This document shows, piece after piece, positions 50,226 through 60,259 of a stretch of 64,000 bases of DNA; position 1 is the stretch's first letter; each line of letters begins with the position of its first letter. The notes under the pieces were generated by a model, which saw only the letters and a list, made by a program, of their open reading frames with translations, searched no databases and had not been told where the DNA came from. The position numbers and the translations under genes are program-made. The stretch spans positions 1-64,000 of the IMG/VR virus record IMGVR_UViG_3300034102_002101. One strand, 5' to 3'. Source of the DNA: a virus.

Positions 50226-51005
50226 ATGTTAATAGTAACTGCCTGTGACATCAATTATTATGGATACGCAAAACGATTGGTAAAATCAATTAGACATAAA
50301 TCACCTAAATGTAAAATTTTACTAAAGCTGATAGATTTTCATAATAACGAATTGATAGGAGATGATATACAAATCATAGAAGAAACCACGGGACTTTCTG
50401 GTATTCCAAATATGATTGTAGGTGGGATGGGAAATAGACATTTGTTGCGAACAATAGATGATGGCGTGAATAAGTCTATCGGTATAGATGATGTGAAGCA
50501 TTCTAAATGGTTGGTCTCTAAGAGACAGTGTTATTCCAGCAATACTAGGTTTCGATCAATTTTACATTCGTTTGACTTGGATGAAAATGTCATCTATCTC
50601 GATGCTGATACAATAGTCAATAGAGAATTGGCTGAATTAGAAAGTTTATTGGATTGTGATGTAGCTTGCCGTAGAATGGTTGATGAAAGATATCCAGATG
50701 GAATAGCATGGCAGTGTAGTTTTATATACGCCAAATCAACATCAATAAATTTTATTGAATCTACCATGCAATCAACAGAAAAAAATATGTTTTTCTGGGA
50801 CAGTGATCAATATGAATTTGAAAAAAATTATCAAATCCACAAAGACCATATACGATTTAACATAATTTCTTCCGATATAGAGTATGGTGCGGGGATGCGT
50901 GACACAAATTTCATATACAATCCAAGTAGTTATGTTTTTGCTGGTAGTGGTACGAATAAAACTTCTAATCTTGATTTTATAAAAATGTTAAAACTGTATG
51001 AATAA
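50226..51005 (+). CDS. Putative glycosyltransferase (GT-A, DxD)
   Basis: IVTACDINY, RF, YLDADTIV, FWDSDQ. Confidence 0.7.
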   Translation: MLIVTACDINYYGYAKRLVKSIRHKSPKCKILLKLIDFHNNELIGDDIQIIEETTGLSGIPNMIVGGMGNRHLLRTIDDGVNKSIGIDDVKHSKWLVSKRQCYSSNTRFRSILHSFDLDENVIYLDADTIVNRELAELESLLDCDVACRRMVDERYPDGIAWQCSFIYAKSTSINFIESTMQSTEKNMFFWDSDQYEFEKNYQIHKDHIRFNIISSDIEYGAGMRDTNFIYNPSSYVFAGSGTNKTSNLDFIKMLKLYE

Positions 51006-51741
51006 GAATATACATCTGATGTGGAAGGTTAAAGACTTGGATAATTTACATAGATCGTGTTTCAATTCTTGGGTTAAACATCATCCAGATTGGATAGTAA
51101 AATTATACGACGATGTTGAATTGGATACCATTATAAAAATAAAACTTCCTGATTTATACAATCGCTTTGCTGGATGTGACGGTATCAAAAAATCGGACGC
51201 TTTCAGGCTTGGGTTGGTTTATGTTTTTGGTGGATTATATGTTGACATTGACACATTTTGTTTTAAACCAATTGATTCTCTTGTTGTTAATTGTGATAGA
51301 TGTTTTTTCGAGGATGTAAAAATTGAGGGAGGAATATACGATTATAAGCCAAAGTTTGAATATACCAATGCAATATTTTATGCTAATCCCAAAGATAGGA
51401 TGATTGGAAGAATAATAACAGACCTAATAAGATACGGGGACGATGATAAGACAATAGACAAGAATATGAATGTAATATTGCATACCGGGCCAGAATTCTT
51501 GTCAAACTGCATAAAAAAGTATGGAATGATATGGAATATTGACGTAATCGGGAGTGATAAGTTCGAATGGTGTGATAAAATGAATCGACAGTCTATGGTC
51601 AAAAGTGGAAAGCTGATTGTAAATTCTGGTAGTTATGGTCTACATCTAGCAGTTGGTAGTTGGATATACGGGTCAATGAAATTTAAATACTACGAAGATG
51701 TTAAAGACATAAATTTGGAGGCAATGGATGATTATCGATAA
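50998..51741 (+). CDS. GT32/Och1-like DxD glycosyltransferase
   Basis: IHLMW, SW...HPDW, KSDAFR...GGLYVDID, TGP, H...GSW. Confidence 0.88.
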   Translation: MNKNIHLMWKVKDLDNLHRSCFNSWVKHHPDWIVKLYDDVELDTIIKIKLPDLYNRFAGCDGIKKSDAFRLGLVYVFGGLYVDIDTFCFKPIDSLVVNCDRCFFEDVKIEGGIYDYKPKFEYTNAIFYANPKDRMIGRIITDLIRYGDDDKTIDKNMNVILHTGPEFLSNCIKKYGMIWNIDVIGSDKFEWCDKMNRQSMVKSGKLIVNSGSYGLHLAVGSWIYGSMKFKYYEDVKDINLEAMDDYR

Positions 51742-52432
51742 TAAAAATATACATTTTATATGGTATGGTGGGGATATTCCAGAATTAAATTTGCAATGTA
51801 TCGAATCTTGGCGAGTTTTATTTCCTGACTGGAATGTGATTGTATGGAATCAATCCGATTTGGATAACATAGTCATTAAACATTTCCCACAAGTAACGGA
51901 TTACGTAAATAGATTTGGGGAATTTTCAAAAAATGAACAGCGGATAAAAAATAACATGTATAGATATATTGTTGTGTATTTATATGGTGGATTTTATTGT
52001 GATGTTGATGTCATGTGTTTTAAGCCATTACATATAGATGATTCGGATCTACATTTTTTTATGGAATATCCATTGGACGAGTTTATGTATGATATCTGCG
52101 ACCCTTATAAACAACTAATTTCGAATGCGATATTCTATTCCGTGCGAGGAAATAAATTTCTTAGGAGAATAGTATCTGAAATGATCAATTACCCTTTGAC
52201 AATAAACGTTTTAAAACATAAGAAGGTGGGTGATGGTGATATTTTTATGTTGTTCAATGCGTGTCATTTTCTGACCTCAACAGTTGATAAGTATTCGAGT
52301 TTATACCCATTTAAAATGCACGATAATCAATTATATGAACCTATCCAAAAATCCCTACGTTTGGAATTTATAAAATCCGAAAATAAACCAAATTCTTGTT
52401 TTGGATTACATGTTTCGACTGGATTGTGTTAA
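51728..52432 (+). CDS. GT32/Och1-like DxD glycosyltransferase (tandem paralog)
   Basis: IHFIWYG, ESWR...PDW, RY...YGGFYCDVD. Confidence 0.85.
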   Translation: MIIDNKNIHFIWYGGDIPELNLQCIESWRVLFPDWNVIVWNQSDLDNIVIKHFPQVTDYVNRFGEFSKNEQRIKNNMYRYIVVYLYGGFYCDVDVMCFKPLHIDDSDLHFFMEYPLDEFMYDICDPYKQLISNAIFYSVRGNKFLRRIVSEMINYPLTINVLKHKKVGDGDIFMLFNACHFLTSTVDKYSSLYPFKMHDNQLYEPIQKSLRLEFIKSENKPNSCFGLHVSTGLC

Positions 52433-52438
52433 AAAATA

Positions 52439-52466
52439 TTGACTTTTGTAGTTAAACTGCTACCAT
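52439..52466 (+). promoter_or_regulatory. sigma70-like promoter (TTGACT-N16-TACCAT, extended TG)
   Basis: Intergenic, 8 nt before ATG 52475. Confidence 0.7.
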
Positions 52467-52474
52467 AATACAAT

Positions 52475-53089
52475 ATGAAATCAATTTGGGAAACCGTATC
52501 ATTCTTCGAAGAAGAAATAGCAAATTACTGTGGATCTAAATACGCAGTTGCTACCGACTCATGTACAAATTCTATATTTCTATGTTTAAAATACTTAGAT
52601 AATCCAATCGACGTAATAATCCCAACAAAAACTTATATTTCTGTGCCTATGTCCGTAAAGCACGCAAATTATGGTTTAAAATTCGAAAACATAGAATGGG
52701 AAGGTAGTTATCAACTCGGAAATACACAAATAATCGATTCTGCCTGTAGATTTGAGGAAGGTATGTACTTAGACGGAACATTCTGTTGCCTTTCCTTTCA
52801 TTTTAAGAAGATAATACCGATAGGTAGGGGTGGAATGATATTAACGAATGACAAAGATGCCGCTGACTGGTTACGGATGGCTAGATACGATGGGCGACCA
52901 ACGTACTCATACAATGATATACTAAAAACAGGTATAAGTGTGATGGGATACCATATGTATATGACACCGGAACAAGCTTCCCGTGGAATTGAACAATTTT
53001 ATAGGGCAAAGTCAGAAGGAAAGAAGGTTTGTGGATCATCCTCAGAATTTATGGTTGATCTATCAAAACTAGACATATTTAAAACATGA
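52475..53089 (+). CDS. Short DegT/DnrJ/EryC1/StrS-family PLP aminotransferase
   Basis: FEEEIA.Y.G.KYAVA..SCT, IIDSA, SFHFKK....GRGGMILT. Confidence 0.85.
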   Translation: MKSIWETVSFFEEEIANYCGSKYAVATDSCTNSIFLCLKYLDNPIDVIIPTKTYISVPMSVKHANYGLKFENIEWEGSYQLGNTQIIDSACRFEEGMYLDGTFCCLSFHFKKIIPIGRGGMILTNDKDAADWLRMARYDGRPTYSYNDILKTGISVMGYHMYMTPEQASRGIEQFYRAKSEGKKVCGSSSEFMVDLSKLDIFKT

Positions 53090-53907
53090 AAAAAATTTAC
53101 GTTCTCGGTAATGGTTTATTAGGCAACTACGTATACAGTTACCTATCTAAGAGGGGAAAGTCGGTGGAACAAGTAACAAGAAAACAGCTTGATTTTTCTA
53201 TAATAGACCTATCGGAGTTTATCGACAATAATATGTTTGATGAATATTCGGTAATAGTTAATTGTATAGGAGTATTAAAACCTAATATAGATAAAGTTGG
53301 TCTAGATGTAACAGTAAAGATAAATAAGAACCTACCAATAGCATTGAGCAACATAGCATCGTTAAAAAATATTGATGTTATAAATATATCATCGGATTGT
53401 GTGTTCTCCGGTAAAAAAGGAAATTATACCGAGAACGATTTTTGTGACGCTACAGATTATTATGGATTAACAAAGTCACTAGATTCCGTAAATACTACTG
53501 TTATAAGGACAAGTTTTATAGGCCATGAGATAAATAACAAGATGGGGATTCTTGAATTTGCATTACGTAATTCCGGTAATAAGGTCAGTGGATATACGAA
53601 TTGTATCTGGAATGGGATCACAGCATTAGAATTAGCTGATTGGATAAACCATATAATAGATACAGATAGTTATTGGTGTGGGGTGCAGCATATATATTCA
53701 AAATCAAAAATATCGAAATACGATTTATTACATCTAATAAACGAGGTATATGAACTAAATCTGAAAATTATACCAGTTTTGGCTGAAGAGATAGTTGGTA
53801 CTAAAATAGAAGGTATCCTCGACAGAAGCCTGTCGTCTATTTTTCGTGCTCCGGTCAATTCAAGCATAGAAGAACAATTAATATTATTGAAAAGTTATAC
53901 ATTATGA
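53086..53907 (+). CDS. dTDP-4-dehydrorhamnose reductase-like (RmlD)
   Basis: GNGLLG, ISSDCVFSG..G.Y.E.D, YGLTKS, IRTS. Confidence 0.85.
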   Translation: MKKIYVLGNGLLGNYVYSYLSKRGKSVEQVTRKQLDFSIIDLSEFIDNNMFDEYSVIVNCIGVLKPNIDKVGLDVTVKINKNLPIALSNIASLKNIDVINISSDCVFSGKKGNYTENDFCDATDYYGLTKSLDSVNTTVIRTSFIGHEINNKMGILEFALRNSGNKVSGYTNCIWNGITALELADWINHIIDTDSYWCGVQHIYSKSKISKYDLLHLINEVYELNLKIIPVLAEEIVGTKIEGILDRSLSSIFRAPVNSSIEEQLILLKSYTL

Positions 53908-54821
53908 AAACAGCAGTTATTGGTGGAGCGGGATTTATCGGTAAACAGTTAGTATGTGGATTACAGAGGTCTCACATATTTGATGTTACGTCTATAGATA
54001 TACTTGAAAACACAAATTGTAAAAATGTGATATGTGACATAACTAATTCTTACAATATACAACAAGCATTGGTTGGCTTCGATTACGTATACTTACTGGC
54101 TGCTGAGTCGGAGGCATCAAAAAATACAACAGACCCGGTTAATTCTATGGACCTAAACTTAATGGGAACAGTAAATGTACTAAACTCATGTGTAAAAAAT
54201 AAAATAAAGAAGATATTTTTCTGTAGTACTGTTTGGGTATATGATGCATGTGAATCGATTGATGTAAATGAGGATACTCCATTCGATCCAACATATAAAG
54301 GAAATTTATATACAACATCGAAGATTTGCGGAGAAATGTTGATAAAAAGTTATCAACAAACATTTGGTTTAACTTATACTATATTACGATTAGGTACGGC
54401 ATATGGACATGGATGTAACCCACGAACAGCCATGGCTTCATTTGTGCGGAATGCTCACAATGGAGAGACGATAAAAATATTCGGAAATGGTGAAGGATTT
54501 AGATCTTTTATGCATATATCTGATCATGTTAATGCATTGATGTGGGCACTTACCGCTTATGTAGAATCAGATAACCAGATAATAAACTTCGATGGTCCAG
54601 ATAAAGTAACATTGAATGGAATAATAGAAATGTTGAAAGATTATTATCCGGAGTTAAAGGTAGAATACGTAAAAAACAATTTACCTGATTATATGGGTAA
54701 GAATGTTAGTTGCGAAAAAGCTATGCGTTTATTGGGAGGTACAGCAAGAGTAAAATTTAAAGAAGGATTACAAGATTATGTTGAATGGTTCAAAAATACT
54801 AATAGTAGCAACACACGCTGA
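53904..54821 (+). CDS. NAD-dependent sugar epimerase/dehydratase
   Basis: GGAGFIG, STVWVY, YTTSK, YG...GNG..RSFMHISD. Confidence 0.9.
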   Translation: MKTAVIGGAGFIGKQLVCGLQRSHIFDVTSIDILENTNCKNVICDITNSYNIQQALVGFDYVYLLAAESEASKNTTDPVNSMDLNLMGTVNVLNSCVKNKIKKIFFCSTVWVYDACESIDVNEDTPFDPTYKGNLYTTSKICGEMLIKSYQQTFGLTYTILRLGTAYGHGCNPRTAMASFVRNAHNGETIKIFGNGEGFRSFMHISDHVNALMWALTAYVESDNQIINFDGPDKVTLNGIIEMLKDYYPELKVEYVKNNLPDYMGKNVSCEKAMRLLGGTARVKFKEGLQDYVEWFKNTNSSNTR

Positions 54822-55431
54822 TGATGAGGTGCTTGGTTGTGGTGGTATGATATCAAAATGCAATGATACATGTCATGTCCAGATTTTAGTCATTTCCAAT
54901 AGAAGTGACATCAATAACAAGAATTTACGAAATGATCAAATACTGCAATCTAAAAAAATACAAGCCGAACATCATGTTTGTTATAATTTCCTTGATTACT
55001 CGGACGAATTATTGGATACCGTCCCAATCTCGGAAATAATAAAAAAAATAGAATTGCTCAATGCTGCGTTTTTACCTGATTATGTGTTTATACCAAATAT
55101 TGGTGATATAAACAATGACCATAAGGTTACTCATAATGCGTGTTTAATAGCGTTTAGGAAGATACAAAAGAATCAACCTAAGAAGTTAATAGTTTACGAA
55201 GTTCCATCATCAACAACGCAAGGAGAACCATTTCACCCAAATTTATATATCGAATTGTCCAGTAAGAATGTCGATGATAAGATTAAAATGCTATATGTAT
55301 ATTCAGACGAATTAAGGCCAGAACCAAACCCAAGAAACGCACGAGGAATTACGGTACATTCAGAATTTAGGGGTATGGAATGTAATAAACGGTACGCAGA
55401 GGCATTTAAATTATTGTATGAAATCAATTGA
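54778..55431 (+). CDS. PIG-L/LmbE-family N-deacetylase
   Basis: ATHADDEVLGCGG, DINNDH, YAEAF. Confidence 0.88.
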   Translation: MLNGSKILIVATHADDEVLGCGGMISKCNDTCHVQILVISNRSDINNKNLRNDQILQSKKIQAEHHVCYNFLDYSDELLDTVPISEIIKKIELLNAAFLPDYVFIPNIGDINNDHKVTHNACLIAFRKIQKNQPKKLIVYEVPSSTTQGEPFHPNLYIELSSKNVDDKIKMLYVYSDELRPEPNPRNARGITVHSEFRGMECNKRYAEAFKLLYEIN

Positions 55432-56098
55432 TAATAAAATATTTATAGGATACGATTCAAGAGAAATAGACGCATTTAATGCTTGTATGAATTCCATTAT
55501 ATCAAATACCGATAGTTGTCCATTTATATGTGAGCTAAACCAAAACAAACTTAGAAAGAATGGGCATTATTATAGAGAAGTTGATATATTATCATCAACC
55601 GAATTTTCATTTACTCGGTTTCTAATACCACATTTAACTGAATATAAAGGATGGAGCGTATTCTGTGATTGTGATTTTATATTCTTGGAAGATATCCAAG
55701 AGTTGTTTGACTTGTGTGATGATCAATATGCTGTTATGGTTTGTAAGCATGATTATATACCAACAAATAATATTAAGATGGATGGCAAGGTCCAGCACCA
55801 ATATCCCAGAAAAAATTGGTCTTCTCTCGTATTATGGAACAATGCACACCCAAAAAATAAACTACTGACAAAAGATATGGTCAATACACAAACAGGACAA
55901 TTCCTACATAGATTTTCTTGGTTGGATGATAAAGAGATAGGAGAAATTCCTATCCAGTGGAATTGGTTAGTTGGTTGGTATAAAGAACCAAAAGACGGAA
56001 AACCAAAGGCATTACATTTTACTGAGGGTGGACCATGGTTTAAAGAGTATGAGAATTGTGAATATTGTGATGTATATGATATATATAAATTAACATGA
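55418..56098 (+). CDS. GT8-like glycosyltransferase
   Basis: IFIGYDSRE, STEFSFTRF, FCDCDF, YPRKNWSS, LHFTEGGPW. Confidence 0.88.
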   Translation: MKSIDNKIFIGYDSREIDAFNACMNSIISNTDSCPFICELNQNKLRKNGHYYREVDILSSTEFSFTRFLIPHLTEYKGWSVFCDCDFIFLEDIQELFDLCDDQYAVMVCKHDYIPTNNIKMDGKVQHQYPRKNWSSLVLWNNAHPKNKLLTKDMVNTQTGQFLHRFSWLDDKEIGEIPIQWNWLVGWYKEPKDGKPKALHFTEGGPWFKEYENCEYCDVYDIYKLT

Positions 56099-57009
56099 AT
56101 AAAATAACAGACAGGATTGATAATGTAACTGACTGCTCAAAGTCTTTGATTGTACCTACACCATTCCCGAAATCGGTTAAAATAGAACTTAATTCAAATT
56201 GTAACTATAAATGCTCATTTTGTGCAACCCAATTCAATTTAAGATCAATGGGCAAAATGGATAAACATTTGTTTGAAAAAATAATAGATGAATTATCTAT
56301 TATTGGCATACAAGAAGTTGGTTTATTTTACTTGGGTGAACCGTTTCTCTGTGACTGGCTATCTGACGCAATTAAGTATGTTAAGAGCAAGGGCATACCT
56401 TACGTTTTCTTAACGACTAATGGCTCTGCTATAACGGAAAAGAAGATCTTCGAGTGTATGTTAAATGGACTAGATAGTGTCAAATTCAGTGTTAATTTCG
56501 CAGACAAAAACCAATTTACCGAAATAACGAAGCTTTCTGATAATATATTCAATAGAGTCATAGAAAACATAAAAATCACACATGCGGTTAGGGAAAAGAA
56601 TAATTTCAAGTGTGGAGTATATGTTTCTTGTATCAGATATGACGAAAACCAACCAGAAAGAATGAAACCGTTATTGGATGAACTATCAATATACGTCGAT
56701 GAATTTTACTGGCTTCCACTTTATACGCAAGCTGGATTATTCGATAACTCTACCGTTGTTGGAAATGTAGGTAGACACGACAATCAACGAACTGGTATAC
56801 CTTGCTGGTCAATATTTACTGGAGCACATATCACGCACGAGGGATTATTATCGGCGTGCTGTTTCGATCATAAGAATGAATTTATTATGGGGGATCTAAA
56901 AAGCGACACGTTCGCAAAATCGTGGAATTCTACTGATTTCATCGAATTAAGAAAAGCACATATTAGTGGTGATATACACAATACACAATGTAGAAATTGT
57001 ATATTGTGA
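56095..57009 (+). CDS. Radical SAM protein with SPASM/Twitch domain
   Basis: CNYKCSFC, GEPF, LTTNG, PCW...G..SACC.D...G.L, CRNC. Confidence 0.9.
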   Translation: MNKITDRIDNVTDCSKSLIVPTPFPKSVKIELNSNCNYKCSFCATQFNLRSMGKMDKHLFEKIIDELSIIGIQEVGLFYLGEPFLCDWLSDAIKYVKSKGIPYVFLTTNGSAITEKKIFECMLNGLDSVKFSVNFADKNQFTEITKLSDNIFNRVIENIKITHAVREKNNFKCGVYVSCIRYDENQPERMKPLLDELSIYVDEFYWLPLYTQAGLFDNSTVVGNVGRHDNQRTGIPCWSIFTGAHITHEGLLSACCFDHKNEFIMGDLKSDTFAKSWNSTDFIELRKAHISGDIHNTQCRNCIL

Positions 57010-57105
57010 TATACCGATACTCAGTATACAGACCGAGAAATCGGGTTATTATGTAAGAATAACGTTGATATAGTAGAGAAAAATAAAAATTATTAATTAT
57101 TGTTG

Positions 57106-57133
57106 TTGACAATAAGTAGTATTTTCATATTAT
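57106..57133 (+). promoter_or_regulatory. sigma70-like promoter (TTGACA-N16-TATTAT)
   Basis: 8 nt before ATG 57142; would drive the late sigma gene. Confidence 0.7.
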
Positions 57134-57141
57134 ATATTGAT

Positions 57142-57408
57142 ATGAATGTACTACTTATTTTTTGCGTAATCTTACTTCTATCAACATCGATAGTATTATA
57201 TATATTATTGGAAAAGTCTCTAATCAGAGAAAAGAGGTGTATATCATGGATGATAACCACGGAAAATGATATATCAAATACATACGAGAAGCTAAAAGAG
57301 ATTGATGATCGTCAAATATTTGAAAAAGATGATGAAATAGGATTCATGTTCACCGAATTAACAACAACCCTAGAAAAATTAAATGACAAAATTAAAAATA
57401 TCAACTAA
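57142..57408 (+). CDS. Small membrane-anchored protein
   Basis: N-terminal TM, LKEIDDRQIFEKDDEIG. Confidence 0.7.
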   Translation: MNVLLIFCVILLLSTSIVLYILLEKSLIREKRCISWMITTENDISNTYEKLKEIDDRQIFEKDDEIGFMFTELTTTLEKLNDKIKNIN

Positions 57409-58357
57409 GAAGAAGGTAAAGAGTAAGAATGTAAAGGGTAAAAAGATTAAGAAGGTAATATCTAAGTTACCGGCTCTAAAGTTATCTACCCCACCCAAAA
57501 TTCCTTTTCAGGATATAGAATCCGATAACTACCAAACTACGAATGTTACGGATGATGAATTTAATAAGATAAGAGACAACTCAAAAAAGAAATCGGATAA
57601 GCCTTGTATATATTGGACAAAGGATACCGAGAGTAGTATAAATGCATATAATGAATCTATATGCGATAAGGAAAAAAACAGAATTTACGAAACCGAATTA
57701 AAATGGTCTTTAAATAAGTTAATAGAAAATATATTCAACACGTTCAAGTTCAGCTACTTTGAAACAAATCAATCGGACGCGAAGAGTGAGTGTTTGTCAC
57801 ATTTAATGGCGAATATATCTAAATTTAAATCAGAATTTGTCGGTAAGTCTTTTGGGTATTTTAGTATTATGGCAAAAAACCATTTCATATTGATAAATAA
57901 TGCGAACTACAAAAAGTGGAAAATTCATGATCAAATTGATCCAACACCAGAACATCCAAAAGAATTTGTTATTGACGATCACGTAAAGTACAAATTAAAA
58001 GAGAAGAATGAATTTATAATATTGATGGTCGAATATTGGGAAGATAATATAGAAAAAATGTTTTCCAAGCAGAGAGATTATGAGATAGCATCCGCGATAA
58101 TTGAACTATTCAGACAAAGTGATAGAATAGACTTCTTCAATAAAAAGGCACTATATCTATATATTAGAGAAATTTCTGGTTGTAGAACTCAACAAATCAC
58201 CAAAGTGATTAATAAAATGAAGAGTGCGCAGAAGTTGATAACAAAAGAATATCTTCGTAGCGGAACCATACTAATGAAGAAGAAAAAGGTAGAAATACAG
58301 GTCGATGAAGAAGATGATTTCGAGAAAATTCTACAAGAACCGTTAAATCTAGTTTAA
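57383..58357 (+). CDS. Putative late-transcription sigma factor (T4 gp55-like)
   Basis: ECLSHL..NISKF...KSFGYFSIMAKNHFI resembles sigma region 2 of gp55-like proteins; C-terminal HTH-like LYIREISG...ITKVI. Confidence 0.6.
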   Translation: MTKLKISTKKKVKSKNVKGKKIKKVISKLPALKLSTPPKIPFQDIESDNYQTTNVTDDEFNKIRDNSKKKSDKPCIYWTKDTESSINAYNESICDKEKNRIYETELKWSLNKLIENIFNTFKFSYFETNQSDAKSECLSHLMANISKFKSEFVGKSFGYFSIMAKNHFILINNANYKKWKIHDQIDPTPEHPKEFVIDDHVKYKLKEKNEFIILMVEYWEDNIEKMFSKQRDYEIASAIIELFRQSDRIDFFNKKALYLYIREISGCRTQQITKVINKMKSAQKLITKEYLRSGTILMKKKKVEIQVDEEDDFEKILQEPLNLV

Positions 58358-58373
58358 TTAGATATTTATACCC

Positions 58374-58790
58374 ATGCCATTTGAAGACATCGAATTATAT
58401 AAAGGGAAGAAATTTTCAGACTTAGCGAAAGATATCGTAACTAATTCTGAAAATACTAAGGGTCAGATAGATCTACTGATTAGTGATCTTAGACAATTAA
58501 TAAAGGGGCCGAATGATGCTATAATGATCGTTCCTCTATTACGCGATTACATCGACATAGGGATAAAAAATGACGATGAATTAGTTAAGTTAGCAGCAAT
58601 CGCACAGAGAATAATATCTAATCAACAAAAGGCGGAATCTATGGGTGGAGATGGTCTAGGTATAACACAAGAAGAACGCGATGAGTTAATGGCAGAAATA
58701 AACGGAATAAATAAAGAAAAGGACGTTCTTGACAAGAAAAAGACAAAAGTCTTAAATTTCGGATTATCTGATAAAGAGGAGACTAAGTAA
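58374..58790 (+). CDS. Conserved hypothetical coiled protein
   Basis: IVPLLRDYIDIGIKNDDELVKLAAI; ATATTTATA 3 nt upstream. Confidence 0.7.
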   Translation: MPFEDIELYKGKKFSDLAKDIVTNSENTKGQIDLLISDLRQLIKGPNDAIMIVPLLRDYIDIGIKNDDELVKLAAIAQRIISNQQKAESMGGDGLGITQEERDELMAEINGINKEKDVLDKKKTKVLNFGLSDKEETK

Positions 58791-58791
58791 C

Positions 58792-60213
58792 ATGGCTTAT
58801 TACGATAAATCAACAAAAAGATCGGAGTTACGTCAAAGACAAGAGTCTAGCTTAGTTTCTCGAAGTGAACTATTAAATAGAAAACCAGATCCCGATAAGT
58901 TCTTCGAGTATGAATCTGCTGTCGTAGTGGACATTATATTGGACGAAAATCATCCGATATTCAAATTAAATAATGGTCCGAAAATAGATGTGAGTAATCA
59001 TCCAGGAACTCCAATTAATAATGATATTGACTATTCTTATATAGGAAGGGCACTTGTGCGGATGACAACTAGCGATTCTGGTAAAATAAAAGATACCTTA
59101 TCATGGGCAATACCAATCAACGGTACTGGTGGAGAAGAATATCCATTGAAGAATGAAATAGTATATGTCGTTAAGTATCTGGAACAATTATTCTATGGTA
59201 AGGTTAATATTAGAAATTTCATAAATCACAATGCCGACTTTCGATATGAAAAGAAATATGGGCTTAATGATGGTGTGGAAAAAACAAAAGCCATAAGCTA
59301 TACTAGAAATAAAAATTTAAAAGATACCAATAATGATTATAATGGTAGTCTCGGAGATTACTTCAAGTCGAATGATAATATACGAGCGATTAGGAGGTTC
59401 GAGGGTGATTCCGTGATTGAAAGCAGATTCGGACAAAGTATACGATTCTCGGCGTATGATAACAATAGACTAAATGACGTTGGTAGCATAAACTACAAGA
59501 ATTATATTGATGGTGGTGGAAATCCGATGATACTCATCAGAAATAGACAAGGAGACACTACAGTAAAACCAGATGTCAGTAAAAATGTAGGAGGGACGGT
59601 AGAAGAAGATATAAATAATGATGGGACTTCTGTACAAATAACTAGTGGATTAACTATATCCAAATGGAATAAGGATACGATAACGGTTCAACCGTTCCAA
59701 TCTGGTTTAGGTATAAATAACAAACATTCTTCTGCGTTTTCTCCAGCTGGTTCAAGTGACTTCACATACCCTATACTAGATGGCGATCAATTAATAACAC
59801 AATCGGATAGAGTAATTATTTCGGCGAAGAAAAATGAGATGTTCCTGTGTTCGAAGAAAAGAATGTCACTATGTACCGACTCAGAATTTAACACGATGTC
59901 AGAAAAACAATCGGTGTTCATATCAAATACTTCACATCAGATACTTGCTCCGTTCATACATTTAGGAGATTATAACGTCAAGGAAGAACCAATCGTATTG
60001 GGTGCAACCACAGCGATATGGTTATCTGATCTAATAGATTGGTTAAAGGTTCATACTCACATATATAAACATACGCACCCAAATAGCCCACAAGCATCAC
60101 CGGATAAAACACAAATTACGCCGGAATTAGCCGGATTGATTGGTTTGCAGCAACGTATACCATCGCTTCTGTCAAATCGAGTATTTACTGTTGGTAGACA
60201 ACCATTGAAATGA
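58792..60213 (+). CDS. Baseplate hub/central spike (gp5/VgrG-like)
   Basis: OB-fold-like YPLKNEIV, EGD..IESRFGQSIRF, SDRVIISAK, EPIVLG, C-terminal HxH metal-binding tip motifs. Confidence 0.75.
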   Translation: MAYYDKSTKRSELRQRQESSLVSRSELLNRKPDPDKFFEYESAVVVDIILDENHPIFKLNNGPKIDVSNHPGTPINNDIDYSYIGRALVRMTTSDSGKIKDTLSWAIPINGTGGEEYPLKNEIVYVVKYLEQLFYGKVNIRNFINHNADFRYEKKYGLNDGVEKTKAISYTRNKNLKDTNNDYNGSLGDYFKSNDNIRAIRRFEGDSVIESRFGQSIRFSAYDNNRLNDVGSINYKNYIDGGGNPMILIRNRQGDTTVKPDVSKNVGGTVEEDINNDGTSVQITSGLTISKWNKDTITVQPFQSGLGINNKHSSAFSPAGSSDFTYPILDGDQLITQSDRVIISAKKNEMFLCSKKRMSLCTDSEFNTMSEKQSVFISNTSHQILAPFIHLGDYNVKEEPIVLGATTAIWLSDLIDWLKVHTHIYKHTHPNSPQASPDKTQITPELAGLIGLQQRIPSLLSNRVFTVGRQPLK

Positions 60214-60259
60214 TTTAGATTGAAAAAAACCAAAAACAATAATATTTATAATAAATAAT

